A DNA stretch of 64,000 nt from an uncultured Planctomycetaceae bacterium (GCA_963833985.1 CAWIAD010000002.1:4448001-4512000), one strand, 5' to 3'. Positions 17,802 through 28,871 are shown, counted from the stretch's first letter. The notes: generated from the letters alone by a model not told the origin. Translations and numbers: made by a program.

Positions 17802-20714
17802 TTACTGGCCCTGGATCGGTGTCTGCGCGTCCTCCAGCCCAGCAGACGATGCCTTGACGGTGATCAGTCCGGGCTGTCCGGGGCGGCCCTTGACAATCAC
17901 CTGGCACAGTCCGTTGTACGCTCGACGCGCGCTGGCCTGGAACGGCTCGTGGCTGGTCGCGTCACCGTTCCCCACAGCCACGATCTCGCCCGGGCCCTCG
18001 ATCGCGAACTGAACCAGATTGTGGCTGCGCGGCACGGCCCGTCCCTCCGGATCGGCGACGGTCACCGTCACGAAGGCCAGGTCCTGGCCGTCACTCCTGA
18101 TCTCGGGTCGATCCACCGACAGCAAGAGCTGCGCAGGTGCTCCGGTGGTCTTCACCCGGTCCCGCGCCCATTCCTTGCCGTCGCGATACGCCACCACCTC
18201 CAGTGTGCCGGGCTGGTAGACCATGTCGTCCCAGCGCAAGCGATAGTCATGGGGTCCTCGCTTCTTCCGCCCCATCGAATTGCCGTTCAGGAACAGCTCG
18301 GCCTCGTCGCCGGATGTGTAAACATGAACGGGCGTGACCTGTCCCACGCGTTCGGGCCAGTTCCAGTGCGGCAAGAGATGCGCCATGGGCAGGTCCGGAC
18401 GCCACCGCGCCTGGTAGATGTAGAAACGGTCCTTCTTGAACCCGCAGAGATCGACGATGCCGAAGTAGCTGCTGGCCGAGGGGACCTTCAGCTTGCCCAG
18501 GGCGTCAAGCTGCTGCTTCATCTCGGCACGCTTTTGCGGGTCCGAGAAGTTCAGGAGGTTGGTGACGTCGTTGTTGTAAGGTGTGGGCTCACCGAGGTAG
18601 TCGAACCCGGTCCAGACGAACTCCCCAAAGAATGCCGGGTTGCGGTCGAGTGCCTCGAAGACCTCATCCGGCGGCTGGGCCCAGCCCGGGGCGTCCACGT
18701 CATATGATGAAACCTGGAAGTTGGCCTGCGAGTCCTTGCCGCGCTTCACGGGGAAAAAGTATTCCCCGCGTGAGCTGATGCAGGACGACGATTCCGACGT
18801 GTAGATGGGCTTTTGCTCGTTGCCGGGGTGGTCCAGGATCTCTTGGTATTTCCAGGTGGTGTAGTTGAGGCCGAAGACGTCGACCGCCGTCTGGAAACCG
18901 TTGATGCCAGCTCTCCAGTTGTTGCAGCCCGCCGTGACGGGCCGCGTGGGGTCCTCGGCGTGCACAATGTCGCGCAGGGGTTTGGCCAGCTCCGGTCCGT
19001 TCTGTTCGGCGATCTCGTTGCCGATGCTCCACATGATGACGCTGGGATGGTTCCGCTCGCGGCGGACCATGGCCTGCAAATCCCTGGCGTGCCACGCGTC
19101 GAAGAGCCGGCTGTAGTCATTGGCCGTCTTGCCCCGCTTCCAGCAGTCGAACGCCTCGACCATCACCAGGAAGCCCATGCGGTCGGCCAGCTCGAGCAGT
19201 TCGGGCGCGGGCGGGTTGTGCGAGGTCCGGAGTGCGTTGCCGCCCATCTCCTTCAAGATCTCGAGCTGGCGCTCGAGAGCACGGGTGTTGAATGCCGCAC
19301 CCAGCGCGCCCAGGTCGTGATGGTTGCACGTCCCCTTGAGGAAGACGGTCTTGCCGTTGAGCTTGAACCCGTCGCGCGGGGTGAACTCGATCGTGCGAAA
19401 GCCAAAGGGCTGGTCGTAGACGTCGACGACTCGTTCCCCTTGCCGCAGCGTGACCCGAGCGACATAGCGGTTCTGAGGAGAGGCGAGATCCCAGATCGCG
19501 GGCCGTGTCACGGTCAGCTCGCTCTCCATCTGCGATACGCCCGGTTGGATCGCTGTCCGGGCGGACGTCGTCTCCACGACCGCAGCACCGGTTGTACCGT
19601 CGGCCTGAATCGGATGGATGGACGTCCCGCCGGTGAGCTCCGCGACATCATTGCCCTGGTTCTCGAGCATCACGGTGAGATGGACCTTGCCGGCTTCCGT
19701 GGTGATCGAAGGCGTGGTCACATAAACGCCCCAGTGCGCCACGTGGACAGGAGACGTCTTCACCAGCCAGACGTTGCGATAGAGCCCCGCGCCGGGGTAC
19801 CAGCGCGAGCCCCAGTTCACGGTGTCCAGCCGCACGGCAAGAACATTGTCGGAGCCGAACTTCACGTGCCGGGTCAGTTCCAGGCGGAAGGGCTGGTAGC
19901 CGTAGGGCCATGTGCCCACGTACTGCCCGTTGAGCCAGACCCGGGCATGGGCCATGGCACCGTCGAAGTCGATGAAGATCCGCTTGCCCTGGTCGGATTC
20001 GGGAACCTGGAAGTGCTTACGATACCAGCCGATGCCCTTCCACGGCAGCTTACCCGTATCGCCGGGCAGGTCGTCGCGGAAGGGTCCTTCGATGCCCCAG
20101 TCATGGGGCACGTCGAGGGTGCGCCAGGCCGAGTCGTCAAAGCGGGGGTCCGCGGGCGTCTCGCCGGCAGCCACGCGCTGGTTGCGAATGGGCTGGCCGC
20201 CCTCATCGAACAATTCGACCTCGCGGATGCTGGCCCACCGGCCGCCGGGAACTCCCTTGACGGTCACGCGGACGTATCGCGTGCGGCCCGGCGTGAAGGG
20301 ACTCCAGGTTTTCCCGCTCGTGCTGGTCTCGATCGAGCTCTCGTAGCCGGGCTCGGAAAACTCCCAGTTGATGGCGACGCGGTTCAGGCTGCGGACGGCT
20401 CCCAGGTCGACCACGAGCCACTCGTTGGGGCTGCCGCTGGCAGCGCACCAGCGTGTCGCCGGATCGCCGTCCACCGCGTGCTGTGCCAGGTTCGCCTTCG
20501 AGGTTTCCTCGCTCGAAGCCGAGGCCGTGATGCTCCAGGCCTCGCCTCCCGGCTCCGGCCGTTGCGAGCGGTCCGGCATCGGCCCGAAGCGGGCGAACTT
20601 CCAGCCGGCGTTGAATGACTCACGGAGTCGAGGACTGGAAACCTCGTCCGACCATGCGGACGGCAGGAGCGAGACGGCCACCCAGAGGCACGCAAGCGGG
20701 CAAGACCCACGCAT
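17802..20714 (-). CDS. Secreted GH2 beta-galactosidase with an inserted F5/8 type C (discoidin) domain
   Basis: VPHDWGIEGPF, GIGWYRK, GAGLYRNV, RTSHNPP, NHPSVIMWSIGNE, FVWTGFDYLGEPTP; AVDGDPATRW discoidin insert; signal peptide. Confidence 0.93.
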   Translation of the reverse strand: MRGSCPLACLWVAVSLLPSAWSDEVSSPRLRESFNAGWKFARFGPMPDRSQRPEPGGEAWSITASASSEETSKANLAQHAVDGDPATRWCAASGSPNEWLVVDLGAVRSLNRVAINWEFSEPGYESSIETSTSGKTWSPFTPGRTRYVRVTVKGVPGGRWASIREVELFDEGGQPIRNQRVAAGETPADPRFDDSAWRTLDVPHDWGIEGPFRDDLPGDTGKLPWKGIGWYRKHFQVPESDQGKRIFIDFDGAMAHARVWLNGQYVGTWPYGYQPFRLELTRHVKFGSDNVLAVRLDTVNWGSRWYPGAGLYRNVWLVKTSPVHVAHWGVYVTTPSITTEAGKVHLTVMLENQGNDVAELTGGTSIHPIQADGTTGAAVVETTSARTAIQPGVSQMESELTVTRPAIWDLASPQNRYVARVTLRQGERVVDVYDQPFGFRTIEFTPRDGFKLNGKTVFLKGTCNHHDLGALGAAFNTRALERQLEILKEMGGNALRTSHNPPAPELLELADRMGFLVMVEAFDCWKRGKTANDYSRLFDAWHARDLQAMVRRERNHPSVIMWSIGNEIAEQNGPELAKPLRDIVHAEDPTRPVTAGCNNWRAGINGFQTAVDVFGLNYTTWKYQEILDHPGNEQKPIYTSESSSCISSRGEYFFPVKRGKDSQANFQVSSYDVDAPGWAQPPDEVFEALDRNPAFFGEFVWTGFDYLGEPTPYNNDVTNLLNFSDPQKRAEMKQQLDALGKLKVPSASSYFGIVDLCGFKKDRFYIYQARWRPDLPMAHLLPHWNWPERVGQVTPVHVYTSGDEAELFLNGNSMGRKKRGPHDYRLRWDDMVYQPGTLEVVAYRDGKEWARDRVKTTGAPAQLLLSVDRPEIRSDGQDLAFVTVTVADPEGRAVPRSHNLVQFAIEGPGEIVAVGNGDATSHEPFQASARRAYNGLCQVIVKGRPGQPGLITVKASSAGLEDAQTPIQGQ

Positions 20715-21058
20715 GAGAACGGTCCTTTCCGGATCGAGGAGCGGCGACCCAGTCCGCATCATAACCCGGTGCCGAGGGGCTCTCAACTCTTCGTCAGTGC
20801 GTCATTTTGGCGGCTGGCGAGTTTGCATGCGCTCCGGAACGATTGTGGCGCGCAGGCGGCCTCCGGCAGAATCCCCGCGCCGGAGGCCCGTGTCTTCTCG
20901 ATGATCAAGCTCAGGCCGATGGTCGCGTCGGGCCAGCCGGGTTGAGATTCCCGGTCCAGACGCTTCGGAAGCGCAATACCGAGGCCGCTCGGTCCCGGTG
21001 GGAGAAGCCCGGTTCCAGGCGGCCCGGAGACGTGCTGCGAGTGCAGGCACATCGCTTG

Positions 21059-21601
21059 TTACTTCTTGCGGACGTACCTGAACCCGCAGCACATGTCCTT
21101 CGCGGGCGCACCATTCACCCAGCCGGTGCCCTTCACCTCGATGTGGTCGTCATCAATGAACGTGAGGGTCATATCGTGCATGTGCCTGTCCTTAGTCGGG
21201 TCGAGGTTACGACCGCCGTGGAACTGAAAGACGATCTGGTTGGCCGACGAGTTCGGGTCGGATTTCAAGACGGGCTGGTTTCCCAGGATGCAGTAGTGCG
21301 TCAGGATCACGTCGGGGCCCTCGGCCGTGTAGACCGAGACCATTTCCCTGGGTGATCCCGGGAAGATCGTCTCGTGCACCGCGGTACCATTCGCGGTCAG
21401 CCTGACGACCGACGCGACATCGTCCGTCGGCTTGCCTTCGTCGTTGGCGACCACCCAGGTCCCCACCAGTTTCTTGATCTTCTCCAGGCCCGCGTTGGTG
21501 GGCGGGGGCGGCAGCTTGCCGCCGGATTTGTCATCGCCGTAGCTCGAAGTCGAAAGCGCAAGTCCAAGCAACAACCCGCACATCGCGAAGCAGCGCAGCA
21601 T
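21059..21601 (-). CDS. Secreted hypothetical protein (beta-barrel-like)
   Basis: GGAGG RBS, signal peptide MLRCFAMCGLLLGLALS; LVGTW, THYCILGNQP, HMH motifs. Confidence 0.75.
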   Translation of the reverse strand: MLRCFAMCGLLLGLALSTSSYGDDKSGGKLPPPPTNAGLEKIKKLVGTWVVANDEGKPTDDVASVVRLTANGTAVHETIFPGSPREMVSVYTAEGPDVILTHYCILGNQPVLKSDPNSSANQIVFQFHGGRNLDPTKDRHMHDMTLTFIDDDHIEVKGTGWVNGAPAKDMCCGFRYVRKK

Positions 21602-22062
21602 CTCGTTCCTCCACAAAAATGTGATGTTCAATCTCGATCCGGGCAGTGATCTCGTCACGCCACCCTCATGACGAACGGGACGGCAACCATTCGACTGGAA
21701 GTGCAGCGAATTTCCAAGTTTTTCTGGAGACGGGCCAGGATCCTGTGGAAGGTGCAGTCGTCTCCGCACTGCGTCGACCAGAATTCGGCTTGGCATTGAG
21801 AGCGAGGCACGTCGGCCGAACGCAATCCGCGATCTCCGAGGCCGCTCCCCACAGGAAACTCGAGTCGTTCCGGGCCTCGCATGCCGCCAGAGACCAAAAC
21901 GCGGACCGTCGAGACGGGTGTCGCGCCAACGATCAGCAGGGCTCGAGAACTCCATCCCTGATGGTATGAAAGCTCGGTCGCCGTCATCAGCGGCCACTGT
22001 GTTACACTTGATTTGAAACGGCGTCACGCGCTGCTTCTCCATCCTCCGAGCAAGGCCGAGCG

Positions 22063-23436
22063 ATGCAACTGATCAAACCATCCGAAATCAAGGTCGACGC
22101 GGTGACGACCGAAATGCTTCGAGACATCGATGAGCTGGCTCATCAGGTGAATGACATCCGCCCACTGAATGACGACGTGCTCCGGCAGGTCAAGGAGGAG
22201 TTGATTGCAGAACGCGTCTTCAGTAGCAACGCCATCGAAGGCAGCACTCTCACCTTGCGCGAAACGCGACTGATCCTTCAAGAACGAACGTTCCTTGACA
22301 ACCGGAGAAAACGAGAGGCTCAGGAGGCTCTGAACCTTGGCAAGGCCGCGAACCGGGTCGAGGAGCTTTTGAACTCGGAAGGAGCATGGCACGACCGCTC
22401 GACGTTCTGTGGAGTGCACGAAATCCTGATGAAAGGCGTTAACGATCGGATCGCGGGTGTGCTTCGGAACAGCGCTGTGATGGTCCGTGGCGCCAAGCAG
22501 CAGCCCCCTGGCGAGGAAAAGGTCGCCGGCCTCGTCGATCAATTCCTTGGCGACTTGAAGGAAGCCGATCCCGAGCTGAACGGAGTCGTTCGAGCGGCCT
22601 GGGCGCACTGGGCGATTGCCCGGATTCATCCGTTTGAGGATGGCAACGGCCGGATGGCCAGGCTCTGGCAGGACCTGCTCCTGCTTCGCTCTCGGTTCAC
22701 CGTGGCAATTATCAGGCCTCAGGATCGTCAGGCCTACCTTGATTCGCTCAGCCAGGCAGACGAAAACGAGTTTAACCCCCTGCTTCAACTGGTCTGCCAG
22801 AGGGCCAAGAGCACGCTACAAGTTTATCTCACCGCTCAGGAGGCCGCCGACGAGTTGCAAGGGTGGGCGTCGGAACTTGTCGGTGAATCCGCCGTCCGCG
22901 ACGCCGAGCGCAGGAAAGCGGAATACTACCGATGGCGTCATGCCGTCGAGCAACTTCAAGACTCCTTCGATCGGTGCGCATCGCTCGTCAATCGCAGCAG
23001 CGACCGAACGCTCGAAGTGCAGGTTCAAAGCTACGATATCATTGATCAGCCGACGTGGGAGACCTTGCTTTCCGGAGGCAGTGCAAAAAAGACGTGGTTT
23101 TTCAGGATCCACTTCCGCAAGCATCACAAGGTCGTCTGGTTCTATTTTTACTTTGGGCGGCACTACCGGCACGCAGACGATCCACTGGTTGAGGACCAGG
23201 GCCCTTTCGTCTCTATTCTCATCAGTCAGCAGCAACCCGGCGATGAGCTGGCTGTCCGGCTTGATGAAATGGAAAACAGCCCCATATTGCTCAGGGAACT
23301 GCTCGTGCATGAGCGGCAGATCGTACGCCGACGCCTTGACCTCGTTGAGTCGCGGATGGTCTACGACCATGGTGTTAAGCCCATCGATGTCGCGAAGGAC
23401 TTTTATGAGAATGTGATTATTCACATATTGGGATAG
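22063..23436 (+). CDS. Fic family protein with C-terminal extension
   Basis: HPFEDGNGRMAR catalytic motif; N-terminal SNAIEG inhibitory motif; visibly lower GC. Confidence 0.92.
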   Translation: MQLIKPSEIKVDAVTTEMLRDIDELAHQVNDIRPLNDDVLRQVKEELIAERVFSSNAIEGSTLTLRETRLILQERTFLDNRRKREAQEALNLGKAANRVEELLNSEGAWHDRSTFCGVHEILMKGVNDRIAGVLRNSAVMVRGAKQQPPGEEKVAGLVDQFLGDLKEADPELNGVVRAAWAHWAIARIHPFEDGNGRMARLWQDLLLLRSRFTVAIIRPQDRQAYLDSLSQADENEFNPLLQLVCQRAKSTLQVYLTAQEAADELQGWASELVGESAVRDAERRKAEYYRWRHAVEQLQDSFDRCASLVNRSSDRTLEVQVQSYDIIDQPTWETLLSGGSAKKTWFFRIHFRKHHKVVWFYFYFGRHYRHADDPLVEDQGPFVSILISQQQPGDELAVRLDEMENSPILLRELLVHERQIVRRRLDLVESRMVYDHGVKPIDVAKDFYENVIIHILG

Positions 23437-23503
23437 GCGAACCGACGAGATCCCGATTGTGACGTTCGGCGCCCCTTCGAACTCGATTGCGATCGCATAC
23501 GAG

Positions 23504-26500
23504 TCAGCCGCGACCCACCCGTTCCACCCGGCAGACAAACACCTTGGCCTCGTGGATGGTCACGTTGGGGTCGCCCACGAGTGCGGAGAGATCGTTCACC
23601 ACATCGCCCTGGCTGATACCCTTGTAGCCCCAGTGCCAGGGCATGCCCACGTGATGAATCGTCTTGCCGTCGATCGGGAACGGGCGGATGCGCGGAGTGA
23701 CAAGCGCCTTGGCGCGGATGGCGGCACGGGGCGTGACGATCCGCACGGTTTCCAGGTTCACCACGCCCAGCTCGTGCGCGTGCTCGGGGCTGAGCTCCAC
23801 GAACAGCTCGGGCTGGAGGGCCGAGAGCCACGGCAGCCAGCGGCTCATCGACCCGCTGAGGTGGTGCTCGGTGAGACGGTAGGTCGACAGGACGCAGGGA
23901 TACTCGGGCGAGCCGACCGGAGCGTAGTCGTTGCCTGGCACCGGGAACACCTTTGCCGCGGGGTTGGCCCCCCGCGCGGGATAGACGAGGTTGGGCACCG
24001 GCGATTCATAAGGCTCGTAGTGCGCAGGGAGCGGTCCGTCCACCAGGCCTGAGGGAGCAAAGAGCCACGCCTTGCCGTCGGCCTTCATGATGAAGGGCGA
24101 CGCCCCGTCGTGAAAATCGAGCCCCAGACCGTCTGGATTCGCGGCCGCCCCCGGCGGCTTGGTCACCGGGAAATCCGGCACATCCAGGCCAACCCAGCGG
24201 CCCCGGACGCGGCTCCCGGGATGGGCGGGGTCGGGCCCTTCCGCGTCGGGGTCCCAGTAGATATAGCCCTTCGACCCATTGCCGAACCTGCGAGCCAGCC
24301 GCGCTTCCTTGGGCCAGGGGTTGCCTTGCGGATCGGCGGCGGCGCGGTTGTACATGATCCGGCGGTTGGCCGGCCAGGCGAAGGCCCAGCCCAGGGCCAC
24401 CCAGTCGTCCCCATGGCGGTTGGCCGCGTGGTTATGACCGTCCGGCTGGTCGGCCGTGGGCGCGAAGACGCCGCTGTAGATCCAGGCCCCGCAGGCCGTC
24501 GAGCCATCGGCCTTCAGGTCGCCGAAGCCCTGGACCGGCTTGCCGGTGGCCGTGAAGGTGCCATTCATCTCCTTCAGCACCCGCGCCGCCGAGGGCTCGT
24601 CGGCGATCCGCCAGCCCTCGTTCTCCGCCGGGTCGATGTAGTCCCATGTTAATGCCTGGATGGGACGGTCGCGCTCCAGCGCGCTGGCCGCGTAGAGCCG
24701 CTTCAGGCGCAGGCCGAGCTGCACGGTGAACCAGAGATCGGACCGCGCGTCGCCAGGCGGTTCGGCGGCCCGGTCGTGCCACTGGATGAGCCGCTGGGTG
24801 TTGGTGTAGCTGCCGTCCGCCTCGGCCGTGGCCGCGGCCGGCAGCAAGAACACCTCCGTGGCGATGTCCTCGGGCCTGATTTCGCCGTTCTTGATCTCGG
24901 GGCTATCAATCCAGAACGTGGCCGTCTCGGTCTCGTACAGGTCCTTGACCACCATCCAGTCCAGCTTCGCCAGAGCCCGGCGCTGGTACGACGAGTTCTG
25001 GCCTCCCACGGCCGGGTTCTGGCCCATGGCCATGAACCCGCGGATCTGACCCTCGGACATGGCCACGAACATGGGCAGGTGAGAATGGTCCCCCACGTTG
25101 CGGGGCAGCCAGCCGAAGCCGTATTCGTTCTCCTTCGTCGCTGCCGCGCCAAACCAAGCTTTCAGCAGGCTGACGATGAACCTGGGGAAATGGAACCAGT
25201 AGCTCGTCGGGCTGATCTCGGTCTCGATGTAGTCGGCGAGCGTGTCATGGTTCTTGAGCGCGCTGGGCATGTTGAGGTAGCCCGGCAGCAAGTTGTAGAG
25301 CGTGGGGATGTCGGTGGAGCCCTGGATCGACGCATGGCCCCGCAGCGCCAGGATGCCACCGCCCGGCCGCCCGATGTTCCCCAAGAGCGACTGGAGGATG
25401 GTGGCGGCCCGGATGGTCTGCACGCCGGTGGTATGCTGTGTCCAGCCGACGGCGTAGCAGACGGCGCCCGTGCGGTCGCGGCCCGACGCCTGGCAAAGGG
25501 TCTCGGCCACCTTCAGGAACGTCGCCTGCGGCGTGCCGCAGACGCGCTCGACCATCTCCGGTGTGTACCGGGCATAATGCCGGCGCAGGATCTGAAAGAC
25601 GCAGCGCGGATGTTGCAACGTGGGATCGGTGCGCGGGGGCTTGCTCAGTCTCCCGCCCCTGGCGCTGAAGGTCGATGCGTCGTTCAGGTCGCGGACCGGC
25701 TGGTTCCCCGGCCGGCCGACGGGCTCGGCGTCATAGCGCCAGGATTGCGGGTCGTAGGCGGCGCGCTCGGCGTCAAAGCCGGAAAAGAGCCCTTCCAGGT
25801 CCTCGGTGTCCTGAAACTCCTCGTTGATCAGGGTGGCCGCATTCGTGTACGCGGTGACGTATTCCTTGAAATACTTCTCTTCCTCGAGCACGTAGCGAAT
25901 GAGCCCGCCCAGGAAGACGATGTCGCTGCCGGCGCGCAACGGGGCATAAGTGTCGGCCAGGGCCGAGGTGCGCGTGAACCGAGGATCCACGTGGATGACC
26001 TTCGCCCCGTTCAGCTTCGCCTGCATGACGAAGCGAAAGGCCACGGGGTGGCACTCGGCCATGTTCGAGCCCATGATCAGAATGGAATCGGCGTACCGCA
26101 GATCCATCTGGTTGGTCGTGGCTCCGCCGCGGCCGTAGGAGGTGCCCAGACCGGGCACGGTCGAGCTGTGTCAGATGCGCGCCTGGTTTTCCAGCCAGAT
26201 GAGCCCGAGTGCGCGCCAGAGCTTGAGCTGGACGTAGTTCCATTCGTTGTCCATGGTGGCCCCGCCGAGCGAGGCGATCGTTGCGCAGTGGTTGACGCGC
26301 TTCCGTATCGGCTTGCCCTCGCGGTCGCGTCCGTCCCACCAGTCGCGGAAGTCCCGGTCGCGGGTTTCCTTGACCCGCTCGGCAATGCGGTCCATGGCCC
26401 AGTCGAGGTCTTTCTCTTCCCAGTGGCTGGAATGCGGGGCCCGGTACTTGACCTTTGTGAGCCGGTTCGGGTTGACGGCGAGTTGAAACGTGGCCGAGCC

Positions 26501-26776
26501 CTTGGGGCAGAGCGTGCCGCCGTTGATCGGGCTATCCGGGTTGCCCTCGATGTTGACGATCTGCCCTTGCCGCACGCTGACGATCTGCGCGCACCCCACA
26601 GCGCAGTAGGGGCAGATGCTGGGAACCTCGCGGGCTCCCTGGATCTTCAGCGTTGCGGCAGCCGCGCGGGCCGGCGTGAGGTCGAACCCGAGACCGGCAA
26701 GCGTGCCGATGCCCGCCGTCGCCGTGGTCCCTCCCAGGAACTGGCGACGCGTCGAACGGCCAGGCGAGGTGTTCAT
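23504..26776 (-). CDS. fdnG: Formate dehydrogenase alpha subunit, selenocysteine-containing, Tat-exported (1090 aa)
   Basis: TRRQFL Tat motif; CPYCAVGC..CPKG; ENQARI-TGA-HSSTV in frame joining ORFs 26171-26776 and 23504-26158; ALRGHASIQG, TYRLTEHH. Confidence 0.95.
26142..26173 (-). promoter_or_regulatory. Sec codon plus bacterial SECIS hairpin
   Basis: UGA at 26173-26171, then 12 nt later GUGCCC-GGUCU-GGGCAC, matching fdhF/fdnG SECIS geometry. Confidence 0.85.
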
Positions 26777-26842
26777 GGAAAAGAGAATCCCCCAGGTTCA
26801 AACTGCCGTGACGGTTCACCCGTCCGTCAGTCGACCTGGGGA

Positions 26843-26872
26843 ATTGTATCGGAGCCCTGGGCGACTTTCCAA
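26843..26872 (-). promoter_or_regulatory. Possible sigma70 promoter of fdnG
   Basis: TTGGAA-18 nt-TACAAT upstream of the fdnG ATG. Confidence 0.35.
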
Positions 26873-26874
26873 GC

Positions 26875-28800
26875 TCACGTGGAATGCGCGAACGTGAGAC
26901 CGGGATCGTCCGGGCCGGATCCCAGCAGCTTGAACGTGAAGTGATCGTCATCTTTCCAGATCACCTGTCCGGCCAGGGGGCGCTGAACCAGCGGGTTGAA
27001 CCGGTCCTGGGCGAGCGTGAGGATGCCATCTCCGTACGTCCGGCCGCCGTGCAGCTCCAGCGTGTTGCCCTGCCGCGTGACCCTCCAGATGAACTGCTGG
27101 GAGTCCGGGAACGACAGGGTAATCACCGACCCGTCCGCCGGCTTGGCAATCCACGTGCCCTTCAGGCCCACTCCCTGGGCGGGGTGCTCGGACTCGTCCT
27201 CCCCGGCCGCGCCGGGCTGCCCGCCGGGAGCGGTTGCGGCCGTTGCCGTCTCGGCATTCCCGGACGGCGGCTGGGACGGGGACTCGAGCTCCTTGACGAG
27301 TTGCGGAGCCAGTGAGTCCTTGGGCTGGAGCTGCTGTACCGCCTTGAACTCGTCCAGGGCCGCATCTCTGTGGCCCTGCGTCAGGTAATGATAACCCAGC
27401 ACGAATCGCGCGGCCGAGGAATTGGGGCTCTGGTTGACATACAGCTCCAGGGCACGGAACTGCCGGGTGTAGTCGGCGATGCTCGGGTACAGGCCGATCA
27501 TCGTCGTCCAGTCCCACCCGGGTTCCACGGAAAGCACGGCGTAGAGATCTGCCGCCGCCTCGTCATAGCGCTGGAGTGCGAAGAGGACCAGCGCGCGGAA
27601 CTCGTGCAGCGCGGGGTCACTCGGCAGCTTCTCCAGGGCCTGGTCGGTGGTGGCCAGTGCTTTCTCATACCCTCCGGTCCGGAATTCCACGCGTGCCCGG
27701 GCGAAGAGTGCATCGGCCTCGTCGCGGCGGACGTGTCCCGGCGCCGCGGCCGTGGCGTTCAAGGGATGGGCATAGATAAAGCCCTGCTGGTTGCCGGGCG
27801 CCGTCGACTGAGTGTAGTAGGGATTACGATAGCTGGAGTATCCCCACTCGTAGATCTGCGGGCCATAGTTCCAAGAGTTCAGGCCCCAGGTCCCTCCTCC
27901 GGAGGCGGGACCCGGCCGTGTGATTCCGTAGAGCCCGTAACCGTAGCCGTAGCCCGGGTAGTTGTAGCCGCCGTAGCCGCCGTAGCCGCCATAGCCCCGG
28001 AACCCGCCGTAGCCGCCGTACCCGCCGTACCCGCCGAACCCGCCGTAACCCAGGGAGCCGAGACCGTAGTAGCCGAGGCTCCCCAGGCCGTAGCCCAGGC
28101 CGCCCAGACCAGAGCCGAGTGCTCCCAGTCCGAGCCCGAGGCCAAGGCCGTAGCCGCCGTAAGAGAAGCCGGGATACCCCCATCCTCCGTAGCCCAGGCC
28201 GTAACCGCCATAACCGTAGCCCAGGCCGCCGTAGCCGCCGTAGCCGAGCGCTCCGTTACCGAAGGCACTGTAGTTGACGGGCCGGTAAGTTCTCCACTGG
28301 CCGCCGTTGTTCCTGTTGCCTGCCGTATTGCCCAGGTAGTTGCCGTTCCAGTAGCCGTGCATCCAGCGGCCGCGATCGTCCGCCGCGGAATTGCCGCCGG
28401 CCGGCCCGTGCGTTTCCGAGAAGTTCGCGAGGGCGCCCCGGTTGGCTCCGGCCTGGCCCAGCCACGGGCTCCTTGCCGCGTTACCAGCGACTCCGGTGGC
28501 GTTCGCTCCCGCTCCGATCCCGGCGCGATTCGCCGGACGGAGTGCATTGTAAGAGGCGGCGCCGGGCAGTGCTCCCATACCGGGCTGCATGGCCGCTCCA
28601 CCCGGAAAGCCTCCCAGGCCGTGGAACCCTCCGCCCACACCATAGCCGCGCGGTCCGCTGTGCACGGCGTCACCGTGATATCCGCCAATCCCGCCGCCGT
28701 GACCGCCCCCTCCGTGCTGCGCCAGGGCCGGCGCGGCTGCCAGTCCTGTGAAGAGGGTTGCCAGGGCACCAGCCGCCAACGAGAAATGTCGCTGTCTCAT
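26875..28800 (-). CDS. Secreted Gly/Tyr-rich low-complexity protein with TPR domain and C-terminal beta domain
   Basis: Signal peptide ending ALA; long GGY/GLG tract; LHEFRALVLFALQRYDEAA..PGWDW TPR region. Confidence 0.8.
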   Translation of the reverse strand: MRQRHFSLAAGALATLFTGLAAAPALAQHGGGGHGGGIGGYHGDAVHSGPRGYGVGGGFHGLGGFPGGAAMQPGMGALPGAASYNALRPANRAGIGAGANATGVAGNAARSPWLGQAGANRGALANFSETHGPAGGNSAADDRGRWMHGYWNGNYLGNTAGNRNNGGQWRTYRPVNYSAFGNGALGYGGYGGLGYGYGGYGLGYGGWGYPGFSYGGYGLGLGLGLGALGSGLGGLGYGLGSLGYYGLGSLGYGGFGGYGGYGGYGGFRGYGGYGGYGGYNYPGYGYGYGLYGITRPGPASGGGTWGLNSWNYGPQIYEWGYSSYRNPYYTQSTAPGNQQGFIYAHPLNATAAAPGHVRRDEADALFARARVEFRTGGYEKALATTDQALEKLPSDPALHEFRALVLFALQRYDEAAADLYAVLSVEPGWDWTTMIGLYPSIADYTRQFRALELYVNQSPNSSAARFVLGYHYLTQGHRDAALDEFKAVQQLQPKDSLAPQLVKELESPSQPPSGNAETATAATAPGGQPGAAGEDESEHPAQGVGLKGTWIAKPADGSVITLSFPDSQQFIWRVTRQGNTLELHGGRTYGDGILTLAQDRFNPLVQRPLAGQVIWKDDDHFTFKLLGSGPDDPGLTFAHST

Positions 28801-28871
28801 GGATCAGACCTCATGTTCCGGATTCTTGCTCGAACGGGCGTCACCGCGGACACGCACAGCAGAGCAAGATC

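Noticed and set aside
24776..26944. Long antisense ORFs (also 18813-20618, 27370-28986, 3737-5404)
   Set aside because: Shadow ORFs opposite well-supported genes, as expected in high-GC DNA.
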